DNA of 64,000 bases, from positions 71,813 through 135,812 of the forward strand of contig JBBQZX010000013.1 in NCBI GenBank assembly GCA_038207335.1. The letters run 5' to 3'. Source of the stretch: Chthoniobacterales bacterium (GTDB lineage Bacteria; Verrucomicrobiota; Verrucomicrobiia; Chthoniobacterales; Chthoniobacteraceae). Positions 56,120 to 64,000 of the stretch are shown piece after piece. Numbering within the stretch: position 1 is the stretch's first letter; every line of letters starts with the position of its first letter. The notes under the pieces are model-generated. The model had not been told where the DNA came from, ran no database searches, and worked only from the letters and a program-made list of their open reading frames with translations. The position numbers and the translations under genes were made by a program.

Positions 56120-58122
56120 CTTTCCTCGCGCCCGCGCTGCTCATCGTCCTGCCGCTAGCGGCGCTGCCGGTGGTCATTCACCTCATCCATCTCTACCGGC
56201 GGCGGCAGGTGAAGTGGGCGGCGATGATCTTCCTCCTTGCGGCGCAGCGGATGAACAAAGGGCTCTCGCGGCTGCGCCAGGTCCTCATCCTCGCGCTGCG
56301 CGTGCTCGCGGTCGCGGCGATCCTTTTCGTCATCACGCGGCCGCTCGCCGGCGGCTGGCTCGGGCTCACGGGCGGCGCGCCGGATACCGTGCTCGTTCTG
56401 CTCGATCGCTCGGCGAGCATGGAGCAGCAAAACCCCGCGACCGGCTCCAGCAAAAGATCCGCGGGCCTTCGCAACATTTCCAAGGCGATCACCGATGCCG
56501 TCGGCACGCGCTCGCATCTCGTCCTGCTCGACAGCGCGACGCTCAAACCTCAGCCGCTCGAAAAGGCCGAGACCCTCCTCGATTTGCCGCAAACCGAGCC
56601 GACCGAAACCGCCGCCGACATCCCCGCGATGCTGCAAGGCGCGCTCGATTTCATCACCGCGAACAAAAGCGGGCGCACCGACGTGTGGCTGCTCAGCGAC
56701 TTGCAGCAGAGCGATTGGGACGCATCGGGCGGACGCTGGGAGACGCTGCGCGGGGCCTTTGCCACGCTGCCCGGCGTGCGCTTTCACCTCCTCTGCTATC
56801 CCGAGCAATCGCCCGACGATCTCGCGGTGAATGTCGAGCGCGTCGTGCGGCGCGAAACGAGCGAAAAGGCGGAGCTGCTGCTCGATCTGCGCGTCACGCG
56901 CCCCGCCGGACTGCCCGCGGCCGACGTGCCTGTGCGCTTCGTCGTCGGTGGCGCGACGACCACGATGAAGGTCGAACTCAAGGAAAACGAGACGCTGCTG
57001 CAGGCCCACGCGATCCCGATCGACAAAGCCGCGAAGCGCGGCTGGGGCCGCGTCGAACTGCCCGCCGATGCTTGGCCTTCGGACAATGTTTCGTATTTCG
57101 TCTTCGACGAACCGCCCGCGCTGCACTCAGTCATCGTCTCCGACGACGAAGCGCAGTGGGGACCGCTGAAGGCCGCGCTCTCCGCCGCCGCCGACCCTTC
57201 ACGCAAATACGAAGTGACCGTCCTAAGCCCGAAACGCGCTGCGGAAATCCCGTGGGAAGACACCGCGCTCGTCGTGTGGCAGGCGCCGATCCCGCGCGCG
57301 GACGACGTAATCGCGAGGCAGTTGCAGAGCCACGCCGCGGGCGGGCGGGCGCTCATTTTCCTGCCGCCGGATTCGCCCGAAAACACCGCGATCTTCGGAC
57401 TCCGCTGGAGCCAGTGGGAAAATGCGCCGACCGAAAAAGCACAGGCCCTCGAGTGGTGGCGCAACGACTCCGACCTGCTCGCAAACACGCGCGACGGCGC
57501 GGCGCTGCCAGTCGGCGCGATGGAAGTCACGCGTCGCTGCGGCATCGCGGGCGAAGGCGTTCCGCTCGCGCGAGTCGCAGGGCAAAATGTCATCCTGATG
57601 CGCGCCACGCAGCCTGTCGGCGCGCGCGTCTATTTCCTCGGCACGCTGCCCGGCCCCGGCGCATCGAGCCTCGCGCGCGACGGCGTCGTCATGTTCGCCC
57701 TCCTCCACCGCGCGCTCGACGAAGGCGCGCAAACGCTCGGCAAAGCGCAGCAGCGTTTCGCCTCCGCGGGCGCGCTCGGCAGCGATCCGGCCTCGTGGCA
57801 TTCGGTGGAAAACGAGAGCACGCTGACCTCCGTGAATCTCCCGCTTCGCGCGGGCATCGTGCAGTCCGGCGACCGCCTCATCGCGCTCAACCGCCCGCCC
57901 GCCGAAGACCGCCCGCAATCCCTCTCCACTCCCGCCCTCAGCGAACTCTTCGCCGGCCTCGATTTCCGCATCCTCACCGACACCCTCGAAGACGGCCGCA
58001 GCCTCACCAACGAAATCTGGCGCACCTTCCTCCTCGCCATGGCCGCCGCCCTTCTCGCCGAAGCCCTCCTTTGCCTGCCGCCGAAACGAGACAACGTGCG
58101 CGAGGAAGTGCAGCGCGCGTGA
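56116..58122 (+). CDS. BatA N-terminal / vWA domain membrane protein
   Basis: MTFL.P...PVVIHL, DRSASM MIDAS, SDLQ, C-terminal IWR-TM. Confidence 0.88.
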   Translation: MTFLAPALLIVLPLAALPVVIHLIHLYRRRQVKWAAMIFLLAAQRMNKGLSRLRQVLILALRVLAVAAILFVITRPLAGGWLGLTGGAPDTVLVLLDRSASMEQQNPATGSSKRSAGLRNISKAITDAVGTRSHLVLLDSATLKPQPLEKAETLLDLPQTEPTETAADIPAMLQGALDFITANKSGRTDVWLLSDLQQSDWDASGGRWETLRGAFATLPGVRFHLLCYPEQSPDDLAVNVERVVRRETSEKAELLLDLRVTRPAGLPAADVPVRFVVGGATTTMKVELKENETLLQAHAIPIDKAAKRGWGRVELPADAWPSDNVSYFVFDEPPALHSVIVSDDEAQWGPLKAALSAAADPSRKYEVTVLSPKRAAEIPWEDTALVVWQAPIPRADDVIARQLQSHAAGGRALIFLPPDSPENTAIFGLRWSQWENAPTEKAQALEWWRNDSDLLANTRDGAALPVGAMEVTRRCGIAGEGVPLARVAGQNVILMRATQPVGARVYFLGTLPGPGASSLARDGVVMFALLHRALDEGAQTLGKAQQRFASAGALGSDPASWHSVENESTLTSVNLPLRAGIVQSGDRLIALNRPPAEDRPQSLSTPALSELFAGLDFRILTDTLEDGRSLTNEIWRTFLLAMAAALLAEALLCLPPKRDNVREEVQRA

Positions 58123-58149
58123 CGCCTTTTTTGAGCGCGGGAACTTCGT

Positions 58150-58408
58150 GGGCGTATGCGGGCGCGCACGCGGGTATCAAGTCGATCACGCTCGGCGAGG
58201 CGGCTGATCTCTTCGTCGCGGCGAAGGTGTCGGATACCTACGTGAAGGGGCTGCGGCGTTACTTCGCTCGCTCAAGCAGCAGTTCGGACGGTGCCCCATC
58301 GCGGATGTGACGACGCAGCAACTCGACCGGGTGTTGCAGTCGATCAACGTGGGTGTGGGGACGAAGAACAACATCCGGCGGACGCTCGTGACCTTGTTCA
58401 AGTGGGCG
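58150..58408 (+). pseudogene. Frameshifted fragment of a tyrosine-recombinase core-binding (SAM-like) domain
   Basis: Joining two frames near 58270 gives ITLGEAADLFVAAK...YVKGLRRYFAR/LKQQFG..PIADVTTQQLD....GTKNNIRRTLVTLFKWA; no start codon or catalytic domain. Confidence 0.6.
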
Positions 58409-58723
58409 CCGATGATCCGCGGCAACCCGAAAAAGGGTGAAGTCTATGGCTACACCGGATGGGCCAATGACTCCGGCTACCTGTCGCTTCACAACCCCTC
58501 CGACGAGGCACGCGAGTTCCAAATCGTCTTGGATCGAGCGCTCGGACTGCCCAAGTCCGCAGCCAGCAAAGGCACATCGTATCTCGTCTCGTCGCCTCTC
58601 GCAGTGGACGCGGGCGCGCTGCCGAAGACGACTACCGCAGGGCAAACCTGCACGGTCACACTCCCACCTCGCGCGATCCGCATCCTGGAATTTACCAACA
58701 CCACTTCCGGCCCGGTGCGATAA
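58409..58723 (+). pseudogene. 3' fragment of an unrelated gene (beta-sandwich C-terminus, glycoside-hydrolase-like) fused in frame to the integrase remnant
   Basis: GNP..GEVYGYTGW...GYLSLHNPSD...TVTLPPRAIRILEF resembles C-terminal domains of carbohydrate-active enzymes. Confidence 0.4.
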
Positions 58724-58733
58724 GCGCCATCTC

Positions 58734-58762
58734 CTCGTTCCCAAGTAAGGCTTTGGGAATGC
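58734..58762. repeat. REP-like hairpin
   Basis: CTCGTTCCCAAG-TAAGGC-TTTGGGAATGC; a second small palindrome GCAAC-TGC-GTTGC follows. Confidence 0.5.
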
Positions 58763-58807
58763 AAACTAACGGCTGGCAACTGCGTTGCGGGCAGGGAGCG
58801 TGAGCCC

Positions 58808-58930
58808 ACCTAACGATGCACTGCACCGAGCCGTGCGGGGCGTTTTGCGACTGTTTTCGCCGCCGCTTTTCCAGCCGCTGTGCAGGGGCCGCGCTGCGCT
58901 GCGCGGTCGCTGAGCTTGAGAATGTGAGAG
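58808..58930 (+). mobile_element. Degenerate integron attC-like site
   Basis: R'' ACCTAAC (RYYYAAC), L''-like ACTGCACCG, distal CGGTCGCTGAGCTT, R' GTGAGAG (departs from GTTRRRY at positions 3 and 7); 123 bp. Confidence 0.55.
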
Positions 58931-59214
58931 GCAGAGTTTCGGCGACCACCTATGGCGTGATTTCGACAGTTGTTCTCCTCTTCGTGGCTGCCGCGACCTT
59001 CTTCTTGACGCCGTTTCCTCCCGAATGACCGCAGCCTTCCAGTCAACAGCTCCAGCGAGCCGCTTGAGACGCGGCGAAAGTTGATTGCGGCGGTGGCTTT
59101 CCATGGCGGGTGAAATGACCTGCGTTCTTCTCAAAAGTGATGTCTCGCGCAAGAGCTTGCGTGAAAATGCAGACGAGGCTTGCGGGCACGGATGCTGCGA
59201 GGGTTTTCTGCATC

Positions 59215-59715
59215 ATGCCCCGCCTCGCCCTCCTGTTCGCCATGCCGCTCGCCATTTTTCTAAGCGGCTGCGCCTCCCCGTCCTACCAATACCGCTTTAT
59301 CCCCGGTCGCACGGCCACCGTGCAGGATGGCATCGCCACCGCGCCCGCCTCGGCGCCCCCGGCCGTGCAGGCCGCCGTGGCCGCGGGCAACCGAATCGCC
59401 GGGCTGCCTTATGAATATGGAGGGGGTCACGGGAGCGGCATCGACTCGGGCTACGACTGCTCCGGCGCGACCTCCTACCTGCTGCGAGCCGCGGGCCGAC
59501 TCGATTCGCCGATGCCGTCCACGGGTTTTCGCCGCTACGGCAGCAGCGGCGAGGGGAAGTGGATCAGCATCTATGCGCGAAAAGGGCACGTCTTTCTCGT
59601 GGTCGCCGGCGTCCGCTTTGACACGGGTTGGGGCGCGGGTTCGCACGGTCCGCGATGGACCACCGCGAACCGCCCGGCGAAGGGCGCGGTGATCCGGCAC
59701 CCGACGGGCTTGTAG
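59215..59715 (+). CDS. NlpC/P60-family peptidoglycan endopeptidase lipoprotein
   Basis: Lipobox LSGC; PYEYGGGH, YDCSG, HVF...DT. Confidence 0.85.
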   Translation: MPRLALLFAMPLAIFLSGCASPSYQYRFIPGRTATVQDGIATAPASAPPAVQAAVAAGNRIAGLPYEYGGGHGSGIDSGYDCSGATSYLLRAAGRLDSPMPSTGFRRYGSSGEGKWISIYARKGHVFLVVAGVRFDTGWGAGSHGPRWTTANRPAKGAVIRHPTGL

Positions 59716-59796
59716 CTTCACGCGGCATCGGCTCCGCGGCTGAGGAAGCGCGCGGCCGCTGTTGCCGGAGGGGCGGGGGAGGGGCATAATTTGGGC

Positions 59797-62700
59797 ATGT
59801 CCGCCGATTCGTTCGTCCATCTCCATTTGCACACGGAATACTCGCTCCTCGATGGGGCGAATCGCATCCCGGAGGTGATGAGGAAGGCGAAGGAATTTGG
59901 GATGTCGGCGGCGGCGATCACGGATCATGGGAACCTTTTCGGGGCGATCGATTTTTTCCAGCAGGCGAAGAAGGCAGGGATCAAGCCGATCATCGGGTGC
60001 GAGGCCTATATGGCGCCGGGGAAGCACACCGATAGGACTGCGAGCAGCGGGCGGGATGCGGCGAGTCACTTCACGCTGCTGGCAAAGGATGAGCAGGGCT
60101 ACAAGAACCTGGTGAAGCTGGTCTCGATCGCGCATCTCGACGGGGTCTATTACAAGCCGCGCATCGACCGGGAGCTACTGGCGCAGCACAGTGCGGGGCT
60201 CATCGGCATGAGCGGGTGCCTGAAAGGTGAGGTGCCGCAGGCGATCGCGGCGGATAACTATGCCAAGGCGCTGGAGACGGCGGCGACCTATCGCGACATT
60301 CTCGGTGCGGAGAATTTCTTCCTCGAGATGCACGACCACGGGATCGAGCAGCAGATCAAGGTGAACAAGGTCCTGCCGCGAATCTCAAAGGAACTCGGGC
60401 TGGGTCTCGTGGCCGCCAACGATGTGCATTTTCTCGATCGCAGCAAGCATGAGGCGCATGACGTGATGATCTGCATCGGCACGGGATCGAACGTGGCGGA
60501 TGAGCGGCGGATGAAGTATGTGCCGGAGCTCTACCTGAAGTCTCCGGCGGAGATGCGGCACTTGTTCCGAGATCACAAGGAGGCTTGCGATAACACGCTG
60601 GCGATTGCAGAGCGGTGCAACCTGGAGATCGAGTTCAATGTCCCAAAGTATCCGAACTACACGCCTCCGGAAGGGATCACGCAGAATGCCTATCTTCGCC
60701 AGATTTCCGAGGAAGGTGTCCACCGCAGGTATGGCTCGCAGGCGGACTCGACGGAGGTGCGGGAGCGCATGGAGCGCGAGATCGCGTTGCTCGAGACTCA
60801 GGGCTTCGTGAACTACTTTCTGATCGTGTGGGACTTCATCGCCTGGGCAAGAGAGCAAGGCATCCCGGTCGGTCCGGGGCGTGGCTCGGCGGCGGGCTCG
60901 ATCATCGCCTATGTCATGGGTATCACGGACATCGATCCTTTGAAGTTCAAGCTGCTGTTCGAGCGGTTCCTCAATCCCGAGCGGGTCAGCCCGCCGGATA
61001 TCGACGTGGACTTTTGCCAGAACCGCCGCGGGGAGGTGATCGACTACGTGCGCAAGAAGTATGGTGAGCGGGCGGTGTCGCAGATCGTGACCTTCGGCAC
61101 GATGGGCGCGAAATCGGTGGTGCGCGATGTGGGTCGCGTGCTGGGCTGGAGCTATGGCGATGGGGATCGGATCGCGAAGATGATCCCGAATGAACTGGGG
61201 ATAACGCTCGCGGGGACCGACGAGAAGAACAAGGAGACTGGCGAGATGGAGCACAAGGGGGGGGCGATCGACAAGAACCCTGAGCTGAAGAAAGCGGTGG
61301 AAGAAGAGAGCGCGGTGAAGCAACTCTGGGAGTATGCGACTACCTTGGAGGGACTGACCCGCGGGGTAGGTGTCCACGCGGCGGGCGTGGTGATCAGCGA
61401 CCGAGACCTATCGGAATACATTCCCCTGACACGCGCCAATGACGGCTCGATCGTGAGCCAGTATGCGATGGGTCCTTTGACAGACCTAGGGATGCTGAAG
61501 ATGGACTTCCTAGGTCTCAAGACGCTGACAGTCATCGACGATGCGCTGAAGCTCATCCATCGGAAAGAGCCGAGCTTCGACATCGCAATCATCCCGCTCG
61601 ATGACCAGTCGAGCTTTGACATGCTGAACAAGGGGGAGACGATCGCGGTGTTTCAGTTGGAGTCCGGCGGCATGGTGGGTGTCTGCAAGCAGTTCGATAT
61701 CAGCGACATCGAGGATATCAACGCGATCCTGGCACTTTATCGACCGGGGCCGATGGACCTGATTCCGGACTACATCAAGCGCAAGAAGGGCAAGGCGAAG
61801 ATCAAGTATGCGCATCCGCTGTTGGCGACGATCTGCGCGGATACCTATGGCATTTTCATCTACCAGGAACAGGTCATGGCAGCCGCCTCGGTGCTGGCAG
61901 GTTACTCGCTCGGCGGCGCGGATTTGCTGCGGCGCGCGATGGGGAAGAAGGACAAGGCGAAGATGGCGCAGGAGCGGGAGAAATTCGTCACCGGATGCAA
62001 GGCGGTGAACGACATCGAGGAGAAGAAGGCCAATGAAATTTTCGACTTACTCGAGAAGTTCGCGGGCTACGGCTTCAACCGCTCACACTCGGCGGCTTAC
62101 GCGTGGGTGAGCTACCAGACGGCCTACCTGAAGGCGAACTATCCGGTGGAGTTCATGGCGGCGGTGATGAGCAATGAGATCAACAACACGGACAAGATCA
62201 GCGTCTTCGTGGCTGAGTGTGCGCGGATGGGGATCACGATCCTGCCGCCGGATGTGAACAAGAGCGGGCTGAAATTTACGCCGGAGGATGTGAGCGATGA
62301 AGGGGTGCAGGCCGCAAAGCTGGCGCGCAAAGTGAAGCCCGCGGAAGAGGTGCCGGTTGCAGAGGATGCGGATGGAGTGCCGTGGGAGGAGGAAGCTCGG
62401 TTCGAGGATTTGCCGGCGAGTCCGGAAGTGGTGCCAGTATCGCGCATTCACATCGGCTCGATCCGATACGGATTGGCGGCAATCAAGAATGTGGGCGAGG
62501 CGGCGATGGAAGCGACGATTGCGGAGCGCGATGCTTCGGGAACGTTCAAGTCGCTGGAAGATTTCGCCGCTCGCGTGGACTCGAAGAAGCTGAACAAGAA
62601 GTCGGTCGAGTGCCTCGTGAAGTGTGGCGCGTTCGATTGGACGGGCGAGGAGCGCTCGCAGCTTTTCGCCGAGATCGACGGCGCACTCGGCGCTGCCGCG

Positions 62701-63420
62701 AGCGCGCATCGCGATCGCGCGTCGGGACAGAGTTCGCTGTTCGGAGATTTCGAAGTCGCGCCCAAACCGGCTCGGCGGGCCGCCAATTCCGTGCCGCCGT
62801 GGAGCGTCTCGGAGATGCTCGCTTTTGAAAAAGAACTACTCGGCTTCTACGTGACCGGGCATCCGCTCGACGAATACCGGCATGAGCTCGAAAAGCCGCG
62901 CTACACGCCGATCGCGAAGCTTGGCGAGGCGGAGGACAAGAGCACGCCGACGATTGCGGGCGCGCTGGCGTCGGTGGAGAAGAAATTCACGAAGAAGGAT
63001 GGAAAGCCTTTTGCGGTCGTTGTGCTGGAGGATTTGTCGGGTGGGATGGAGGTGATGATTTGGGGCGAGGTGTTTTCGAAATGCGGGCAGCATCTGGAGC
63101 CGGGCGGAGTCGTGGCGATCACCGGGCGGCTCGATAAGCGCGATGAGCCGCCGAGGCTCGTGGCAAATGATGTGAAGCCGCTCAAGAAACCCGCGCCGCG
63201 CGAGAAGCCCGTGGTGCTCAATTTTCAATGTGGAAAAGCGACGGAGGCCGACCTCGTGACGCTGCACGAAATCCTCGCGGACAGCCCAGGCACACGGAGT
63301 GTGACGGTGCGCTTCACGGGCGAGGATGGGCGGCAGTGCCTGCTCGTGCCGCGGAATGAATTTCGTGTCGCGTGGACGCCGGAGACGCAGAGCCGGCTCG
63401 CGCGCTGGGTGGAGAATTGA
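59797..63420 (+). CDS. dnaE: DNA polymerase III alpha subunit
   Basis: PHP HLHLHTEYSLLDG, GPGRGSAAGS, PPDIDVDF, KMDFLGL, YGFNRSH, OB-fold C-terminus. Confidence 0.97.
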   Translation: MSADSFVHLHLHTEYSLLDGANRIPEVMRKAKEFGMSAAAITDHGNLFGAIDFFQQAKKAGIKPIIGCEAYMAPGKHTDRTASSGRDAASHFTLLAKDEQGYKNLVKLVSIAHLDGVYYKPRIDRELLAQHSAGLIGMSGCLKGEVPQAIAADNYAKALETAATYRDILGAENFFLEMHDHGIEQQIKVNKVLPRISKELGLGLVAANDVHFLDRSKHEAHDVMICIGTGSNVADERRMKYVPELYLKSPAEMRHLFRDHKEACDNTLAIAERCNLEIEFNVPKYPNYTPPEGITQNAYLRQISEEGVHRRYGSQADSTEVRERMEREIALLETQGFVNYFLIVWDFIAWAREQGIPVGPGRGSAAGSIIAYVMGITDIDPLKFKLLFERFLNPERVSPPDIDVDFCQNRRGEVIDYVRKKYGERAVSQIVTFGTMGAKSVVRDVGRVLGWSYGDGDRIAKMIPNELGITLAGTDEKNKETGEMEHKGGAIDKNPELKKAVEEESAVKQLWEYATTLEGLTRGVGVHAAGVVISDRDLSEYIPLTRANDGSIVSQYAMGPLTDLGMLKMDFLGLKTLTVIDDALKLIHRKEPSFDIAIIPLDDQSSFDMLNKGETIAVFQLESGGMVGVCKQFDISDIEDINAILALYRPGPMDLIPDYIKRKKGKAKIKYAHPLLATICADTYGIFIYQEQVMAAASVLAGYSLGGADLLRRAMGKKDKAKMAQEREKFVTGCKAVNDIEEKKANEIFDLLEKFAGYGFNRSHSAAYAWVSYQTAYLKANYPVEFMAAVMSNEINNTDKISVFVAECARMGITILPPDVNKSGLKFTPEDVSDEGVQAAKLARKVKPAEEVPVAEDADGVPWEEEARFEDLPASPEVVPVSRIHIGSIRYGLAAIKNVGEAAMEATIAERDASGTFKSLEDFAARVDSKKLNKKSVECLVKCGAFDWTGEERSQLFAEIDGALGAAASAHRDRASGQSSLFGDFEVAPKPARRAANSVPPWSVSEMLAFEKELLGFYVTGHPLDEYRHELEKPRYTPIAKLGEAEDKSTPTIAGALASVEKKFTKKDGKPFAVVVLEDLSGGMEVMIWGEVFSKCGQHLEPGGVVAITGRLDKRDEPPRLVANDVKPLKKPAPREKPVVLNFQCGKATEADLVTLHEILADSPGTRSVTVRFTGEDGRQCLLVPRNEFRVAWTPETQSRLARWVEN

Positions 63421-63468
63421 GCAGCGAGTTGCTTCGACAGGCCCGATCGTTGCATGTCATCCTGAGCT

Positions 63469-63927
63469 ATGGAATTGACCGCCGAACAAAAACAAAGTGT
63501 CGCCGCCTGGATCGAGGACGGCGCGAAGCTGTCGGAGATTCAGCAGCGCCTCAGTCAGGAATTTGACGTGCATCTGACTTACATGGATGCGCGCTTTTTG
63601 ATCGACGACATGAAACTCGCGATCAAGGAAGCGCCGGAGCCGCCAGCCCCTGTGGAGGAGCCCGCCGCAGAGGCGGCTGAGATGCCGGTGGATGCGGCGT
63701 CGCCCGGCAGTGGAGCCGTGTCGGTGAAAGTCGATACCATCACGCGGCCCGGCTCGCTGGTGAGCGGCACCGTGACTTTCAGCGATGGCAAAGACTCCGC
63801 GTGGTATCTCGATCAGACCGGCCGACTCGGAATGGTGCCGGGCGAGGCCGGCTACCGTCCGCCGGAGCCGGACATCGCGGAGTTTCAAGCCATGCTCGAG
63901 CAGGAGCTGGCGAAGCTGGGAATCTAG
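63469..63927 (+). CDS. Conserved-looking hypothetical protein
   Basis: 152-aa ORF, helical N-domain, acidic Pro/Ala linker, WYLDQTGRLG; codon usage typical of the window. Confidence 0.75.
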   Translation: MELTAEQKQSVAAWIEDGAKLSEIQQRLSQEFDVHLTYMDARFLIDDMKLAIKEAPEPPAPVEEPAAEAAEMPVDAASPGSGAVSVKVDTITRPGSLVSGTVTFSDGKDSAWYLDQTGRLGMVPGEAGYRPPEPDIAEFQAMLEQELAKLGI

Positions 63928-64000
63928 TGCTCCCGGCTGGGAGCAAATTCGCAAAATCGCCCGCCGCTCGCGACCGGGCATCGAAAACTCGCGCTTGACG

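Noticed and set aside
58766..59152. Short ORFs between the scar and the NlpC/P60 gene
   Set aside because: No recognisable motifs; they overlap the attC-like and REP-like elements
59797..63420. Intein in DnaE (or GlyRS)
   Set aside because: The inserts lack C/S-start and HN-C/S/T ends and LAGLIDADG motifs, and are too short

Overview
High-GC bacterial chromosomal segment, most likely PVC superphylum (Verrucomicrobiota-like). This placement is inferred from PEP-CTERM proteins, a MoxR/DUF58/BatA cluster, a single-subunit GlyRS and heptamer intergenic repeats. Content is mostly housekeeping: rluD, a family-4 UDG, tRNA-Arg(UCU), pyrF, ispH, tgt, thyA-folA, glyQS, a nuoE/F-N block and dnaE, plus transporters, two PEP-CTERM genes and a Phd/VapC toxin-antitoxin pair. 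No CRISPR array, rRNA or intact mobile element was seen. Strongest leads: (1) a SAM-I riboswitch ahead of a ThrC-like PLP enzyme, a MoaD/ThiS sulfur carrier and a stand-alone NIL protein, suggesting a carrier-dependent homocysteine route; (2) a CxxC/Pro-rich DUF2946-like leader ORF and structured spacer ahead of a His/Cys-rich beta-barrel; (3) a perfect Rex-type palindrome upstream of the nuo block, which has a NuoE-NuoF fusion; (4) twin ACTTTG-N5-CAAAG operators in a membrane protein/wHTH/ispH/DUF4173 operon; (5) a scar at 58.1-59.0 kb with an integrase remnant, a foreign 3' fragment, a REP-like hairpin and a degenerate attC-like site; (6) kb-scale G/C strand-skew flips that do not follow gene direction. 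All calls come from motif recognition by eye; no searches were run.
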